Source of the DNA: Guillardia theta CCMP2712
Taxonomy: Eukaryota > Protista > Cryptophyta
Assembly: GCF_000315625.1 (NCBI RefSeq)
Contig: NW_005434626.1
Span: 494,712 to 558,711 of the forward strand
Direction of reading: 5' to 3'
DNA: 64,000 nt
Of the stretch, positions 22,433 through 35,531 are shown piece by piece. How positions within the stretch are numbered: the first letter of the stretch is position 1; each line of letters begins with the position of its first letter. The notes beneath the pieces are model-generated. The model did not search any database and was not told where the DNA came from. It worked only from the letters and a program-made list of their open reading frames with translations. A program made the translations under genes and the position numbers.

Positions 22433-25400
22433 TCAACAGCCCTGGACCTCTCGGAGGAGCCCCATGAGGATGGGAAGGAGGACAGGAACGAAGTAAGGAA
22501 CGTAGATGGCAAACTTGTGATCGTCGGGAAAGTAGAGCTGAAGAAGTATCAGCGACAGCACAAGGGGGAGCGAAGGAGATGCAAAGGAGAAAAGAGACTT
22601 ACCATGGATAGGATCGAAGGGTCGAAGAACACGTTTTCTGCTCTCTCGCACGCGAACGCGGCGTCCTCGGACGCATCTAGTAGACCGTGAGCGGACAAAG
22701 GGGAAAAAGTTGACAACAAGTACTTGTGAAATCTGCTCTGCTCCATGCTTCCTCTGCACTTCCTAGTCGCTCGACAGCCTCCTGCACGCCATGACGGATC
22801 TCATCTCGTATCACCTGCACCTCCTGCGTAAGCCCCTGCCTCCTCCTCCTCCTCCTCCTCCTCCTCCTCCTCCTCCCGTATCTCCTCCTCTTGTTTCTCC
22901 TCCTCCTCCTCCTGTTTCTCCTCCTCCTCCTCCTGTTTCTCCTCCTCCTCCTCCTCCTCCTCCTCCTCCTCCTCCTCCTCCTCCTCCTCNNNNNNNNNNN
23001 NNNNNNNNNNNNNNNNNNNNNNNNNNNNNNNNNNNNNNNNNNNNNNNNNNNNNNNNNNNNNNNNNNNNNNNNNNNNNNNNNNNNNNNNNNNNNNNNNNNN
23101 NNNNNNNNNNNNNNNNNNNNNNNNNNNNNNNNNNNNNNNNNNNNNNNNNNNNNNNNNNNNNNNNNNNNNNNNNNNNNNNNNNNNNNNNNNNNNNNNNNNN
23201 NNNNNNNNNNNNNNNNNNNNNNNNNNNNNNNNNNNNNNNNNNNNNNNNNNNNNNNNNNNNNNNNNNNNNNNNNNNNNNNNNNNNNNNNNNNNNNNNNNNN
23301 NNNNNNNNNNNNNNNNNNNNNNNNNNNNNNNNNNNNNNNNNNNNNNNNNNNNNNNNNNNNNNNNNNNNNNNNNNNNNNNNNNNNNNNNNNNNNNNNNNNN
23401 NNNNNNNNNNNNNNNNNNNNNNNNNNNNNNNNNNNNNNNNNNNNNNNNNNNNNNNNNNNNNNNNNNNNNNNNNNNNNNNNNNNNNNNNNNNNNNNNNNNN
23501 NNNNNNNNNNNNNNNNNNNNNNNNNNNNNNNNNNNNNNNNNNNNNNNNNNNNNNNNNNNNNNNNNNNNNNNNNNNNNNNNNNNNNNNNNNNNNNNNNNNN
23601 NNNNNNNNNNNNNNNNNNNNNNNNNNNNNNNNNNNNNNNNNNNNNNNNNNNNNNNNNNNNNNNNNNNNNNNNNNNNNNNNNNNNNNNNNNNNNNNNNNNN
23701 NNNNNNNNNNNNNNNNNNNNNNNNNNNNNNNNNNNNNNNNNNNNNNNNNNNNNNNNNNNNNNNNNNNNNNNNNNNNNNNNNNNNNNNNNNNNNNNNNNNN
23801 NNNNNNNNNNNNNNNNNNNNNNNNNNNNNNNNNNNNNNNNNNNNNNNNNNNNNNNNNNNNNNNNNNNNNNNNNNNNNNNNNNNNNNNNNNNNNNNNNNNN
23901 NNNNNNNNNNNNNNNNNNNNNNNNNNNNNNNNNNNNNNNNNNNNNNNNNNNNNNNNNNNNNNNNNNNNNNNNNNNNNGGGAGGGAGGGGAGGGAGTAGAC
24001 CTGCCACGTCGGGAGAGCTGTCTCGTGATCGAAAAGCGCGCGAACGTTCTGAGGAATCTGAATGCCCAGCAGCTTGCGAAGTTGGCCCACCAGATGTTGC
24101 ATTGGGACCCTGCCACCGTCATCTGTAAGAAAAGAGGAGAAGAGGAGAAAGGGGAGAACAAAGTGACTGGGGGAGGGGAGGAGGAGGGAGGCAGGGGAGA
24201 TACAAGGAAAGAAAGGAGGGAGTGTGGAGAGGAGGAGAAGTAGCGGGGAGGAGAGTCTTTCAACCATCTCTGTGGTGGAATCAAAGAACCATTCTTTGGA
24301 ATTGATGAAATCATTGAGCGAGTCCGAGGTCAACACGTATGCCCCATGCGCACTGCTGTACTTTGGGGCTACAGCTAGAGACGCGAAATATAAAACCTGC
24401 AACCATAGTGAGGGGCCGAGGGTGAGGGTAAGCAGCTGGTCGGACTGTGGCAGGAGGAAGAGGTAAGGGGAAGGAGTGGGAGGAAGAAGACGAAGGAGAG
24501 AAGAGTACGGGGGAGGAGAAGAGGAGGAAGAAGGGGAGAGAAGAGTGCGGGGGAGGAGAAGAGGAGGAAGAAAGGGAGAGATAGGATTCAAGCAGAGGGA
24601 ATGGCGATACCAACCTGAGATTCCACAGAGATATCGTACACATGTCTTAGTTTGCGGATGAAGGGCAGCAACCACTTCTGATTCGCACTGGCAATATCCC
24701 ATGACACTGCCTCCCCCCCTCCTGCTGATCCTCCTCTTCCTCCTCCCTGCCCACTCCTCCTCGACTCTCCTGCAGCTTCCCGTGTGTGCCCGACTAGCAG
24801 TGAGATCACGATCCGAACTCGACGATCGAGCACATAGGCATGAGATCGCAGGCTGCGGCGAGGAGGACTGACCCGCTGCTGCTGCTGCTGCTCCAAACCC
24901 ATCTCCTTGCTCCCTGTGCTCCCAGCTCCTCCTGCAACGACATGCACGACGGCTCTGGAGATCTTGGAGAGGTGATCCTCGAGGAGGGAGGAGGTCTCGT
25001 GGAGGAGGGGCAGAGAGAACCATCCGAAGAGTCCCGAGGAGGACATCACGAGTTCGTCTCCTACCGGCCTGTCCTTGGCATGCGCGAGGATGAAGAAGGA
25101 GAGCTCCGAGGAGTTGTTGACCTACGTGATGGAACAAGTTCAGTCCTCCCGCTCGTCCCTTCGTCGCCCTTCACCAGAGCTCGCAGTTGTTGTTCTTTCT
25201 CAAGGTCGTGTTTGCCTGCTGCTTGCAGAAGATAACCAATCATGACAACACAAGCATGGACACTTCACAACACCTTCTCCTTCGATGTTGAAAACTTTCA
25301 ACACGATCGTTACCCGCAAGTGGCAAGTTCGTTGTACCTCATCAGCAACATTCTGAAACCATCCAAAGATCAGCTGCCTGCCGTCAGCTCCTCCCACCCA

Positions 25401-25736
25401 CCTTGAGCAGCCAGGCCTCCGTCATGTCGGCTTGCGCTGAGTGTCGCTGCATGATTGCGGAGGAGAAGAAGAAGTGAAGCTTGAGGGGGGGGACGCGCTG
25501 AAAGCTTCCTTGCTTCAGGACGTCCAGGGGAAGTTCCGCCTTGTAGACCTCTGGAGACTCGTTTGAGTTGCGGGGGTAGGAGGAGAAGGAGAAGCAGGAG
25601 GAAGAACAGAAGGAAGAGAAGGATCCAGCGGAGGAGCGGATGGAAGAGGAGGAGCGGATGGTTGTGCAAGTGCTGGAGGAGGAGGAGGAGGAGGAGCAGG
25701 AGGGCGAGGAGGAAAAGGAGCAGGAGCAGGAGCAGG

Positions 25737-25796
<60 letters not shown>

Positions 25797-26177
25797 GCGA
25801 GGAGGAAAAGGAGCAGGAGGAGGAGAAAGATTTCACCTGTTGTCTTCCACCATACTGGGACGCCAGCCAGGACTAAGATGATGTATGTTGCGAGAACCTG
25901 CGCAGGATGAGAAAGATTGCACCTTAGAACGTTTGAAGGCACATGTAGTTTGCAAAAGGAGATATGAAAGGATTGGGGGAGGATAGGAGGAGGGGGGGGA
26001 TAGGAGGAGGAGGAGGTGATGGCAGTGGTGGAGGTGGTGGAGGAGGAGGATTAGGAGGATAGGAGGAGGAGGAGGAGGAGGAGGAGGAGGAGGAGAGGAG
26101 GAGGAGGAGGAGGAGGAGGAGGGTCTTACTGTTTGTCTGCTGCTGCTCCCTCCCCTCCACCCATCGCCTTCGCCCAT
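22433..26177 (-). CDS. PIGS: GPI transamidase subunit PIG-S
   Basis: N-terminal TM + GVPVWWKTT|EVYKAELP; C-terminal FFDPSILSM|LYFPDDHKFAIYVPYFVP; multi-exon, spans an N-gap. Confidence 0.9.
22990..23977. other. Assembly gap (others: 43097-43196, 49689-50340, 52987-53350, 58289-58388)
   Basis: N runs, usually abutting low-complexity C- or G-rich tracts. Confidence 1.
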
Positions 26178-26259
26178 TCTACACCAGCTTGTTCCTTGTG
26201 CAGACCAATCAGTTTCCTCATTTGTTCCTTGTAGGGAACAATGTACCGTGCAACTCCGT

Positions 26260-26520
26260 AGTGGGCCAACGCCGCCGCCGTCACGGTTCGGCACGGTGCA
26301 GGCCGCGGGCCGCCCGGTCCGGGCCCGGGTCTACCGTACCGTATCGGCGGCCCGGGCCCGGGTCTACCGTACTATCGGCGAGTCACTAGGCCTACTGGGT
26401 CACGTGGTGCGGCTGACTTGTCACTAACACTCAGTGGGCCGCAGCCTTGAACCCCGGCAGGCTCAGTGTTGACTCAGCCAGTGACGGTCAGGGATCGGAC
26501 ATTCATGGGCCGGCCCTCTC
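26260..26520. promoter_or_regulatory. CCGG/palindrome-rich island upstream of PIG-S
   Basis: GGGCCCGGGTCTACCGTAC duplicated; GC-rich; same vocabulary as 13525-14400. Confidence 0.45.
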
Positions 26521-26620
26521 AAAACCCTCCGAGGCTCACTGTTCAAGTAGTCACTTGCGACGCCGCCGTCAAACGCTGGAGCCTCCGACCTTTATTATCC
26601 TACAGTTACATGTGCGCTCC

Positions 26621-29402
26621 TCATGCCCAGTAGTACTGCATGCTGCAGATGTCTGGGAGGACGCAGATTGAACTTCCCTGCGGAATGACAGAGACGTTGA
26701 CAGGGAAGTCGGGGTTGGCTTGCACGAGGCTCTCCATGGTCGTCTGCGGAAGTCGAGCTTGTCAGCGGTGCTGGCGGTTTAGGAGGAGGAGGAGAACCAA
26801 GAGGAGGAGGAGGTGTGGAGATGGTGGTAGTTTGGAGGAGGAGGAGGAGGAGAAGGAGCGTTACCTTGAATTCGACGAGCAAGTGCGACAAGTCTGTGTC
26901 AACCTGCAGGTAGAGAACTTGAAGGACCTAGTCAGTTCTACGAGATCGGCCGCATACCGAGGTACCTGGACCCAGTCGCAGTAGTGTGCCTGTAGGTAGC
27001 TCGTCGGGAACATCTTGAGGAAGAGGTGAGAACAAGCTGACAACACGTGAACATACTTGAGGAACTCCATGTGACGTCCACAAACTCTTGCCGGACACCG
27101 AGCTGAAGGAGTTCTTGTGGAAGATCGAGGTGGTTTGACGTCCAGATTTGCATCCTGAAGCAGCAGCGATGAGAAGAGCACAAAGTTGCAGCTTGCTGAC
27201 CAGTCAGTCCTGAAGTCGTTTGCAATGCTCTTGAGAGTGTCTCCGCGCTTGCTGCAGTAGAAGCATCTCTCAACAACGATGAACAAACATCTGCCTCATC
27301 TGGTCAAACAGAAAACAACAAGACTCTGTCGAATCTCACCGATCGACATATGAGATTTCGTCGTTCGCTCTGATGCAAAGGTCGAATTGCTTTCCGATAT
27401 CGTTGTGCTGAAAGTCCAGAGGTCAGCAGTAGAGAAAACAAAGGACAAGTTCAATCACATAGGGTGCCCAAAACAAGTCTACATACGCCCGGTTGTAATC
27501 AACGGCTAAACAAGTACAGAAAGGTCAGACAAAAACTAAGATTTTGAGGTATGCCTGTGGTTGGTTGTGCATTATCTCCTGTAGATAGTTGATATTTCCT
27601 GTATAAGAATTCAGCATCTGAAGACAATGCAATTTTGTATACCTAAGCCATGAAACAGGCGACAACGTGGCCGGAGTTGTCAAATTCGATGAAGACAAGA
27701 CATTGAATTTAATCTTGAAGAAGAGTAAATTCTAACAAGTTGAATCGTGTTCAGCTCACCGGGGGGACGAACTGCCAGCAGAAAACAGATCACCATCATT
27801 CCATGTCAGCGTGAATGGTCACGACAAAATGGCAACTTGTTTGACTCACGTCAAACTTGTCCATGATCCAATATGGTGATTCGACGGCAAATCCAACCCT
27901 CCTCAAAGGACAGTTGGCGAAAAGACGCAGAGGATTTTGAGGGCATCCAGTCGTGACAGATCCAGCGCTACTGTCGCAGTTCTAGCAAGATTTAGCAGTC
28001 GAAATCAGCCCGCGTGCAACAAACGTACTAGCTTGAAGACATTTGACATCTGGGGAGGAACCACAGAAAGGTTATAATTCGCCACTTGGTACAACAGTCC
28101 ATTCGTTGTTACTGCTGGTACATCAATTTCCTGTATTGATCATAGGAGCGATGAACGTACCATCCACAAAACTGGGCGCTTTCCTCCGAACTTGCACGAC
28201 TAATTCAAATTTGGAACTCTGGCTTGTTGATGACGGACAAGATCCAATCTGGCTTGACAGTCAAATCAGAGTTTCAAGAAGCAAATGATGTTTGCCTGAT
28301 TGCCACATGCCACCCCCTGGTCTGTAGGTTGATAATTTGCAAGGTTCGCCTGGAACGCTGGCTTAGCAAGCACAATAATATTTCAAGAAAAATCACAGGA
28401 GCTTGAGTATTGAAGAGGTAAGTTGAGGTAAATTTCTGCAGACATCAAATTCAGAATGTTAAAGATTGTAATCGTGGCTGACCTGGTCAATCTGATCTAT
28501 CTTGGGAGTATAGGAGAAAGTTCTTCGATACTTGCTGCACGTTTGGTCTGGGAATCTTGACACACAAACTGGTGGCCCCAGCCATTGCTGCCCAGGAATT
28601 TCTGACGACATGAAGATCATATCATTTCTTAGCGTCATTTGAGTGCTATATCCTGGTATGTTCAAGCTCCATTCAAAGTAAATTTCCATGTCGTAAGCTG
28701 CCGGTAACCCGATGTCATTCCTGAATCCAACATTAGATTCTCGTTTGACGTCAGCAAAGCTCTGTACCCATTGCCTACATATACTTCGAACGCTTGCTCG
28801 GAAGTTGTATTTTGTATTCTACCAGATCCCTTCCTGGTATAGTAGACGCCTACATTGGGTTTGGGCACGGGATTCAAATACACACATCGTTGTGGGCCAC
28901 TGCTTGAATTCTGAACAGAAATTGACAAACAAATGTATCCGTTGTCCCGCAGTGAGAATCCTGAAAGATAATCAATCATGGCTCTAGAAATTAGAACCAG
29001 AAAGACAAAGGGAATACCTTTTGAGTCGTCGATCTGTGCGGAGATAACATATCCTTTGTATCCATTGGATAAATTCTTGGAAGGAAAATTTTGTGATTGC
29101 GTTGTCGAGGTAATACAGGTCAGCCCCGCAAACAAAGTGGAATTAGGATACGAAGGAATTGGGCAGGCATAGATGACGCTCGATCCTTTGCTGACCTCAA
29201 TCGACTTGGATGCCTCAACAACGACAAAGAAGCTGATCACTTCTGAATTTGCATCCAGCTTAAAGATAGTGTTGTTCGGCGGAGTCATCGCCACCAGCTG
29301 GCCGAGGTTTGACTGGCAGAAACCATCCGACTGACAAGAAGAAGCTGCAGAAGTGACCGACAAGAAGCTGACGAAGACAAGAAAGTGTAGGGTCTTCATC
29401 AC
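26621..29402 (-). CDS. Secreted multidomain protein with two C-terminal LysM-like domains
   Basis: Signal peptide MKTLHFLVFVSFLSVTSA; spliced C-terminus CFYCSKRGDTLKSIANDFRTDWMQIWTSN...VPDELPTGTLLRLGP...TTMESLVQANPDFP...QGSSICVLPDIC; stop at 26623-26621. Confidence 0.75.
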
Positions 29403-29739
29403 TTCCGTGCTCTTACTTGCTTCCTGCCTTTCTACTCCTCCCTCCTCCCTCCGAGCCTCTTATGTACCCTCGAGCCTGACCGCTCGTCCTGACTTTCTCC
29501 TCACTGACTAGAGGAATAAGCAAGGAGATCACAGATCAGCTCACTTCTCTTCTCCTCCTTCTCAACTTCTGCATGCGAACCCCCTTCTGTTCCGCGCCAT
29601 TGCCGTCTGTCCCTTCGCCTGAGACTGGCAGCTGTCAAAAATCTTGTTAATCTTCATTCAGTCCCCTTAATTTTATTAAGAATCTTAGATCATCCTCGTT
29701 AATATTTATTTAGCTTATTTTCATTCTAAGGCTAGGCTA

Positions 29740-30300
29740 CGGTACCGTGCCGGGTACTATCAGCAGATGGCACTCGCGGCAGTCACGCGGCTGCCAGTCC
29801 GACGGTCACTCAGTGGTTTTCCGATCAAGTACTGATATATTGCAGCGGCGGCAGCCCGGGCCGGTGAACCGGGGGGGGCCGCGCCGTACTTTGAGTCATT
29901 CTCAGCGTTTACCGTAGTAGCTCCAACGGTTAACTTCGGCCAAGTTTCAAGTTGTCAGTATCAACCTTGTACGGTCCGATCCGCCGACTTGCGGGGCCCG
30001 TCACTCCCGAGTCAACGTCTTAGCCCGGCTGAAATAGCCCGGAAATGAATAGCCCGGCGTGCCGCCGCCCCGCCGGCCCGGCCGAGGCGGCCGCGCCGGG
30101 CCGCCGACGGACTCCGACTCGGCCCGAGTCGGAGTCCTAAACCCTAAACCCCGCCGAGCCGGGCCGGGCGGCGGCCGGGCGCCGGGTCCGAGAGGCACTG
30201 GCCAGTGTACTAACTTGATCACGCGGCGGAGACCATCCGATCATACCGGCGCCGATCTCTGACTCCGTCCGGCGACCGTCTCTACAGGCTACTGCCATGA
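29740..30300. promoter_or_regulatory. CCGG/palindrome-rich island in the bidirectional promoter region of the LysM pair
   Basis: GC-rich; contains 14-bp perfect inverted repeat 30109-30137 and CCTAAACCCTAAACCC at 30136-30151. Confidence 0.5.
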
Positions 30301-30477
30301 TCATAATACCACTGATTCTGAAATCCGTCTTATTCTTTTCAAAGTCAACAGTGTAAAATTGAAATCGGAACCCAGGAAGCAATTTTGAGGTAGGAAACGG
30401 CTAGCTCGGAGTTTGAACCCTCGCGAGCGACGCCAAAAGTCGCCATGGTGAGCTGCGAGGAGGCACCGTGACCCGCC

Positions 30478-33400
30478 ATGGTGCGCGCGAGGGTAGTGCT
30501 CCTCCTTGCCATGGCGGCGCTAGGTGAGAGCGTGAGGGCAGGACACGAGCTGACCTGTGACTGCAGCTCGCTCGGACTATTCCACGTTGAGATACGCTAA
30601 GATCACGTGGAGGTCTTGTGCTGATGGATTCTATGACTCCCTGTTTCCCGATGCCTGCAAGGGATCCACCAGTGGGTTGAGTGTCGGGGTGACGGTGAGC
30701 GCCGCATGGGATGTTCGAGACCTGAGCAACTCGTCCATGATCCGATACGACGATGCCATGGCACAAGTGAAGCACTTCCAGGAGAATGGACCAGATCCGA
30801 AGGCGTTTGTTCGATTACTTCGAAACACCGGAGATCCAAAATATCGCGAGATTGGATACAAAACATTTGACGCCAAATCTCTTACAGGACTGGATTGTGC
30901 TGCAAGTACCGGGCTCTGTGACGATTCGAGCTATTATTTCAAGATCGACCATCTCTCACCAGATCGGAATGTGTTCTTCTGCCGCCTCTCCTTCACAGCT
31001 TCGCTTTCTACAGAAAGGACAATGCATGTGGTACTGACATGTTCTTGACTATGCTCAACAAGACAACTCTCCTTGTTTCCATTTCCTCTATGATTTCATT
31101 GTTTCTCTATGATTTCATTGTTTCCATTTCCTCTATGATTTCATGAATGCTTGTGACTCACTCTGACCTTTTTTTTCTCCAGTTGATATTTGAAGGTTGT
31201 TGCAGACTTGATCGACATCCTTACCGAAATCTGGCTAGCTCATCCAACTTTTCAATCTCTGCTACCGTCATCACTGACGGAAGTGCCCTATTGCAGACAA
31301 GATCACCGATGATCAGCACACCATATATTGTAGAGTTGAGCTCTACCAAATCTTTCGATATTCAGGCGTTTCACCCTTTGGACGAGTACAAGGACACCTT
31401 GGGTAATTTTGCGTTTGCACTGTCAACATGCTCTGAATCACTTTCATCTCTTCTGCCCTTCAGTTTATTCAAAGGTTTTGCCGATGGATGACTTCTTCAT
31501 ATCGAATGCTGCGCTAAAATTTGTACCTGAATTCCAACCAAATGAAATCGATCTGTGGTGGGTTGCTAGTCTTGAGGTGAAGAGTTCTGCATCGTGCGGA
31601 ACACCTTCACCAGGGAGTTTGCTATGCTCAAGTGCTTCGATCACTTTCTTGATCCATTGGCATGAAAGTTCTGTACAAGGTCCGACACCAGCGACCCCAG
31701 ACTCGTTTCTCAGTCCCCAGACCAACAGAAATCAATTCATCTCGATTCAATGCAACACTGAAGATTTTGAATTCTCTGGCACTAAATCCAGAGCTTTGCG
31801 GATCGGATTCAAACCTGCTGTGCCACCAGGGAAGTTCGAGTGGATCTTTCAAAACGACGACTTTCCTCGCAACCTGACCGTCTCTCCGTTGCAGCTGCAG
31901 CCTACCTATCGATACGTCGAGCTGACGTGGCGGCCGCCGTGTGAAGATCCGTCACAAGTCGGACTCTTCCTGCTCTGCTTCACAGCTCGTGACAACGGGA
32001 ACACCGCTGAGCCCAGCTACGCCTCCTGCATCTACGTCAAGAGTTCACCGCCCTTGCCTAACCCCCCTCCTGAGATCTTGTATCCCCTTGAGGCCTCGTG
32101 CTCTTCCTCTGACTGTATCAGCTGTTGCGGAGAAGCTAATTGCACGCTGCCGGAAAGAACAGCATGTTGCAGGATAGAAGAGGCCATCCATGGAAAGAGA
32201 TTTCAGTTTGACGTGAGGGCAACCACACAGAATTATGTACAGAGAGTCGATGTTAACTTCTCATACCCGGAACTTGCTTTGCCTCTCCTACCAACTATCC
32301 AGAAGAAGTGGGGTTGCGGGGACACTTCGTTCGATGAATGTACATCCAATCCTTTGATATCTAACAATGTAAACCTGAGAACGCTCCGTTTTCAAAACAA
32401 ATCGAGTTTGATTTTCATCACAGGTGAGTGTGAGGTTCAGCTACTTGCCGAGCCCATACGCTCTTTCAGGCACCTACAAGGTTTGCTACCAAGCAGTGCA
32501 GGTTTGCTTACAGAACTCGTCGATCCAAGTCATGTGCGCTGTAGGACAAAGACCCACTTGTTGACTATGAGTTGTGGACGAGATTCTACCGGGGGAGCTA
32601 CAACGTGAATGGTTGCCTTGTCTGCTTCGCACTGAGGATAGCAAGGGATCCTTTCTTCATAGAAGAAGGGTCGACTGACAACTCGAATACAATCCCGATA
32701 GCTGTAAGTTCTCTGTGGGTCGGAGAAGGCATGACAGGTATCTGCAGGTAGGAAGGACCCTTCAAATCAAACTCCTCGCCACTTACGATACAGGAGGACT
32801 GACTGCAAGTCTGGACATTGTCCCCTTATCAGAACCTGGTCTTCCGAGTGGAGGGAATTTATCTCTGACCGAAGTAAGTCTTCATCTTGCTCTTATCAGT
32901 GATGTTCAACAACTTTACAGCCGGTGAGCATACCTGGATCAGCATTACCCATTGCGTTTCAGCGCTTCTTCAACTTCACGCCTCATGTTGGTCCATGCTT
33001 TTGGTAAGATTTCTCTCTGAAGTTGATGCAGGTCGGGCAACAGGCGCAGACATTCTCTGTGTGTTTCGCAGCAAAGAGAATAAATGTCGCCCTGCAAACT
33101 CAATTCAACAGGTGCTACGACATTCAAGTTTACGTGGCAGTCGTCTTCTGGAAAGTAGAAAAGGTGCTTGGCTTGACATGTTGCTAAGCAAAGTCAAGTT
33201 GATGAGCAGGTGGGGTCAGGGAAACTGATCGAAATGAGAAACCTTGAGGATACTGTTACGGTCGGCTGTCCTGTATCATACTACTTGTATGCCAAATCTC
33301 CCCTGTACAACATAGGGCTAGATCCGGATTTCAACTCCACCTGCGACGGGTGCACCGCAGATGGGTCATTGGTGATTCCATTGTGCTCGAGCGAGCCGAG

Positions 33401-34055
33401 CTTGACCTGCTGCGGCAATGGTAAGTGTGATGGGCACGAGACGGGGATCAGCTGCCCAACTGACTGCAAGAACGACAACTTCGAGCTCCAGCAGCTTGTT
33501 GTGGGAAGCTCTGATAACGAGTACACCAGCTCCTTTCAATACTCATGGACTCCAAAGGATGACATGAAAGGACGGAGAGTTTACTCTTGCTTCCGGGCAA
33601 GGGATGCAGTGAGCGGAACAGGGGCGATCTTGCAGAGGCGCACTGCCTCCATTGCTCCTTCCTTCTGCTTCATCTTTGATGTGGACAAGTGCAGCTTCTG
33701 CTTGAGCAGTGGCGCAACCTTCGAGCGGATCGCCCGCTCCTACCTCTTCAACCACGACTGGCTGGCGCTGTACAACAACAACCCTAACATCAGAAACCCG
33801 GACTCGATCCCAGCTGGGACTCGGCTTGTCATCGGTCCGATCTACACGGTGAAGCGTGGAGACACAGTAATGAGTATCGCAGGTGAGGCTGATGTGACAA
33901 CTTGTCTGCCTAGTGACAACAGATGTCCAGCCTGGGCCAAGACGACAGTGAAGAACATTCTAGTGCATAACCCCGGCGTGGGGGATCCTGCCTTGCTGGC
34001 CCCGGGCTCCTCCATCTGCGTTTCGATCTGCAATCAGGCGACATACCAATGGTAG
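30478..34055 (+). CDS. Secreted multidomain Cys-rich protein with two C-terminal LysM domains
   Basis: Signal MVRARVVLLLAMAAL; CCGNGKCDGHETGISCPTDC; CSFCLSSGATFERIA...NNPNIRNPDSIPAGTRLVIGP and YTVKRGDTVMSIA...HNPGVGDPALLAPGSSICV. Confidence 0.85.
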
Positions 34056-35019
34056 GGAACAAGAGCCCGAGGACTTGTACCAATCTTGTGTGAACAGATC
34101 AGATTTCTAGAACAAGAGTCTCATGTTTGTTGAAGAATTCATCTAAGGCTTGTCGTCATTAGACCTACAAATCTCTAGGGCTGGATCTCTCGCGGCCTCA
34201 GACTGCTGATCTAGAGATTCTGATCAAGTCAAGTTGAGAGGCAGTGCTGGCATTCAAGTAGAGGAGAACTGCTACGATGATCATCGGCCGTGAAACTTTT
34301 GAAAGATGGCACCGAGGAGGCGACAATCAGTTGAATCTCGCCGGCATGTAGCGGCCCGGCCTGTTGTTATGAACTTCGGAATATCTGAGAGACTTCAAAC
34401 TCAGTCCCGGGAGTCCGGCGGAGGCTTTCTCTCTGTCTACTAGGCTAAAAAAGACAAAAAACACAAGATAAAAAAAGGTCAACTTATCCAAACCCACCCC
34501 CCTGTAGCAAAAGTTTCTTTGGTAGAAAGAAGGGGTACTAGGGTAGGGTACCACTTTTGAACATCCGAGGACACAAGGGGTACCGCAGGGAGATAGAGGG
34601 GGTACCAGAGGGAGATAGGGGTACCAGTACCTACCCTTGCGGGTATGAAAGATGGGGTACTGCTTCCTCCGATCCCGACCCTCGGAGGTTCCGGATGTCA
34701 GAGGAGGAAGCAGGGGCAGTAGGAGAGGGAGGAGCAGCAGCAGGAGAAGGAGGAGCAGGATCAGGAGCAACAGGAGGAGCAGGAGCAGGAGGAGCATGAA
34801 TAATGGACAACGAGATCGAGGAGGTGGGCGAAATAGGAGGGGCAGCAAAGCGATTTTAGAAAGTAAATCATCTATGAGAGGAAGGAGCAAGTCGTAGATA
34901 AGGAGGAGGAAGTTGAGCTACTATCGGTCTACTATCTGATACCTTAGAGAGCGACTTTATCCCGCGGCTGAAGGGCTAGACAGGTACACGAGGCTCTCCA
35001 CCAAGGCGCTCTGTAACCT

Positions 35020-35531
35020 ATGACTGATGGGGGCAAGGATTTCTGGTCATGGCTGGACCCCTTTCAATGCTGCCCGGCGGTAGAGCAGAGTCATGAACAC
35101 AAGAGCGAGATGAAAACCATCCTGTATGAAGTCAACGAGGCCCTGGGCAGCGACCTTCATAGACATGCAGCGCTAGGAGACAGTGAGCAGATAAGGTACC
35201 TCGTGATCTGTGAGGGGCGAGACGTCAACAGCCCGGATCGCTACGGAAGAACACCATTGATGCATGCATGTCGCTATGGGAGGAAGGAAGCAGCTCATAC
35301 TCTCGTGATGGTTGGAGCGAGGATAGAGACCGAGGACATCTTTGGAGCCACTGCCATGAACTTCGCCATGAATGCTCACCAGGTCGTTATGGTGCTACTC
35401 AAGATAGAGAATGCTGACCATGTATGTGATACCAGAAACAAATCTACGACATGCTCTCTTACGAGCTACAAAGCAGGGGAGAAGGAAACGTAATCAAGCC
35501 CCTCTATCGAGTGTCTGTTGTTTCCATGTGA
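35020..35531 (+). CDS. Small ankyrin-repeat protein
   Basis: LHRHAALGD, DVNSPDRYGRTPLMHAC, GATAMNFA; one short intron near 35383-35434. Confidence 0.85.

Noticed and set aside
22677-25137. Very long ORFs spanning 22677-25137 (also at 49668, 52745, 57470)
   Set aside because: Read-through of N-gaps and microsatellites; artefacts
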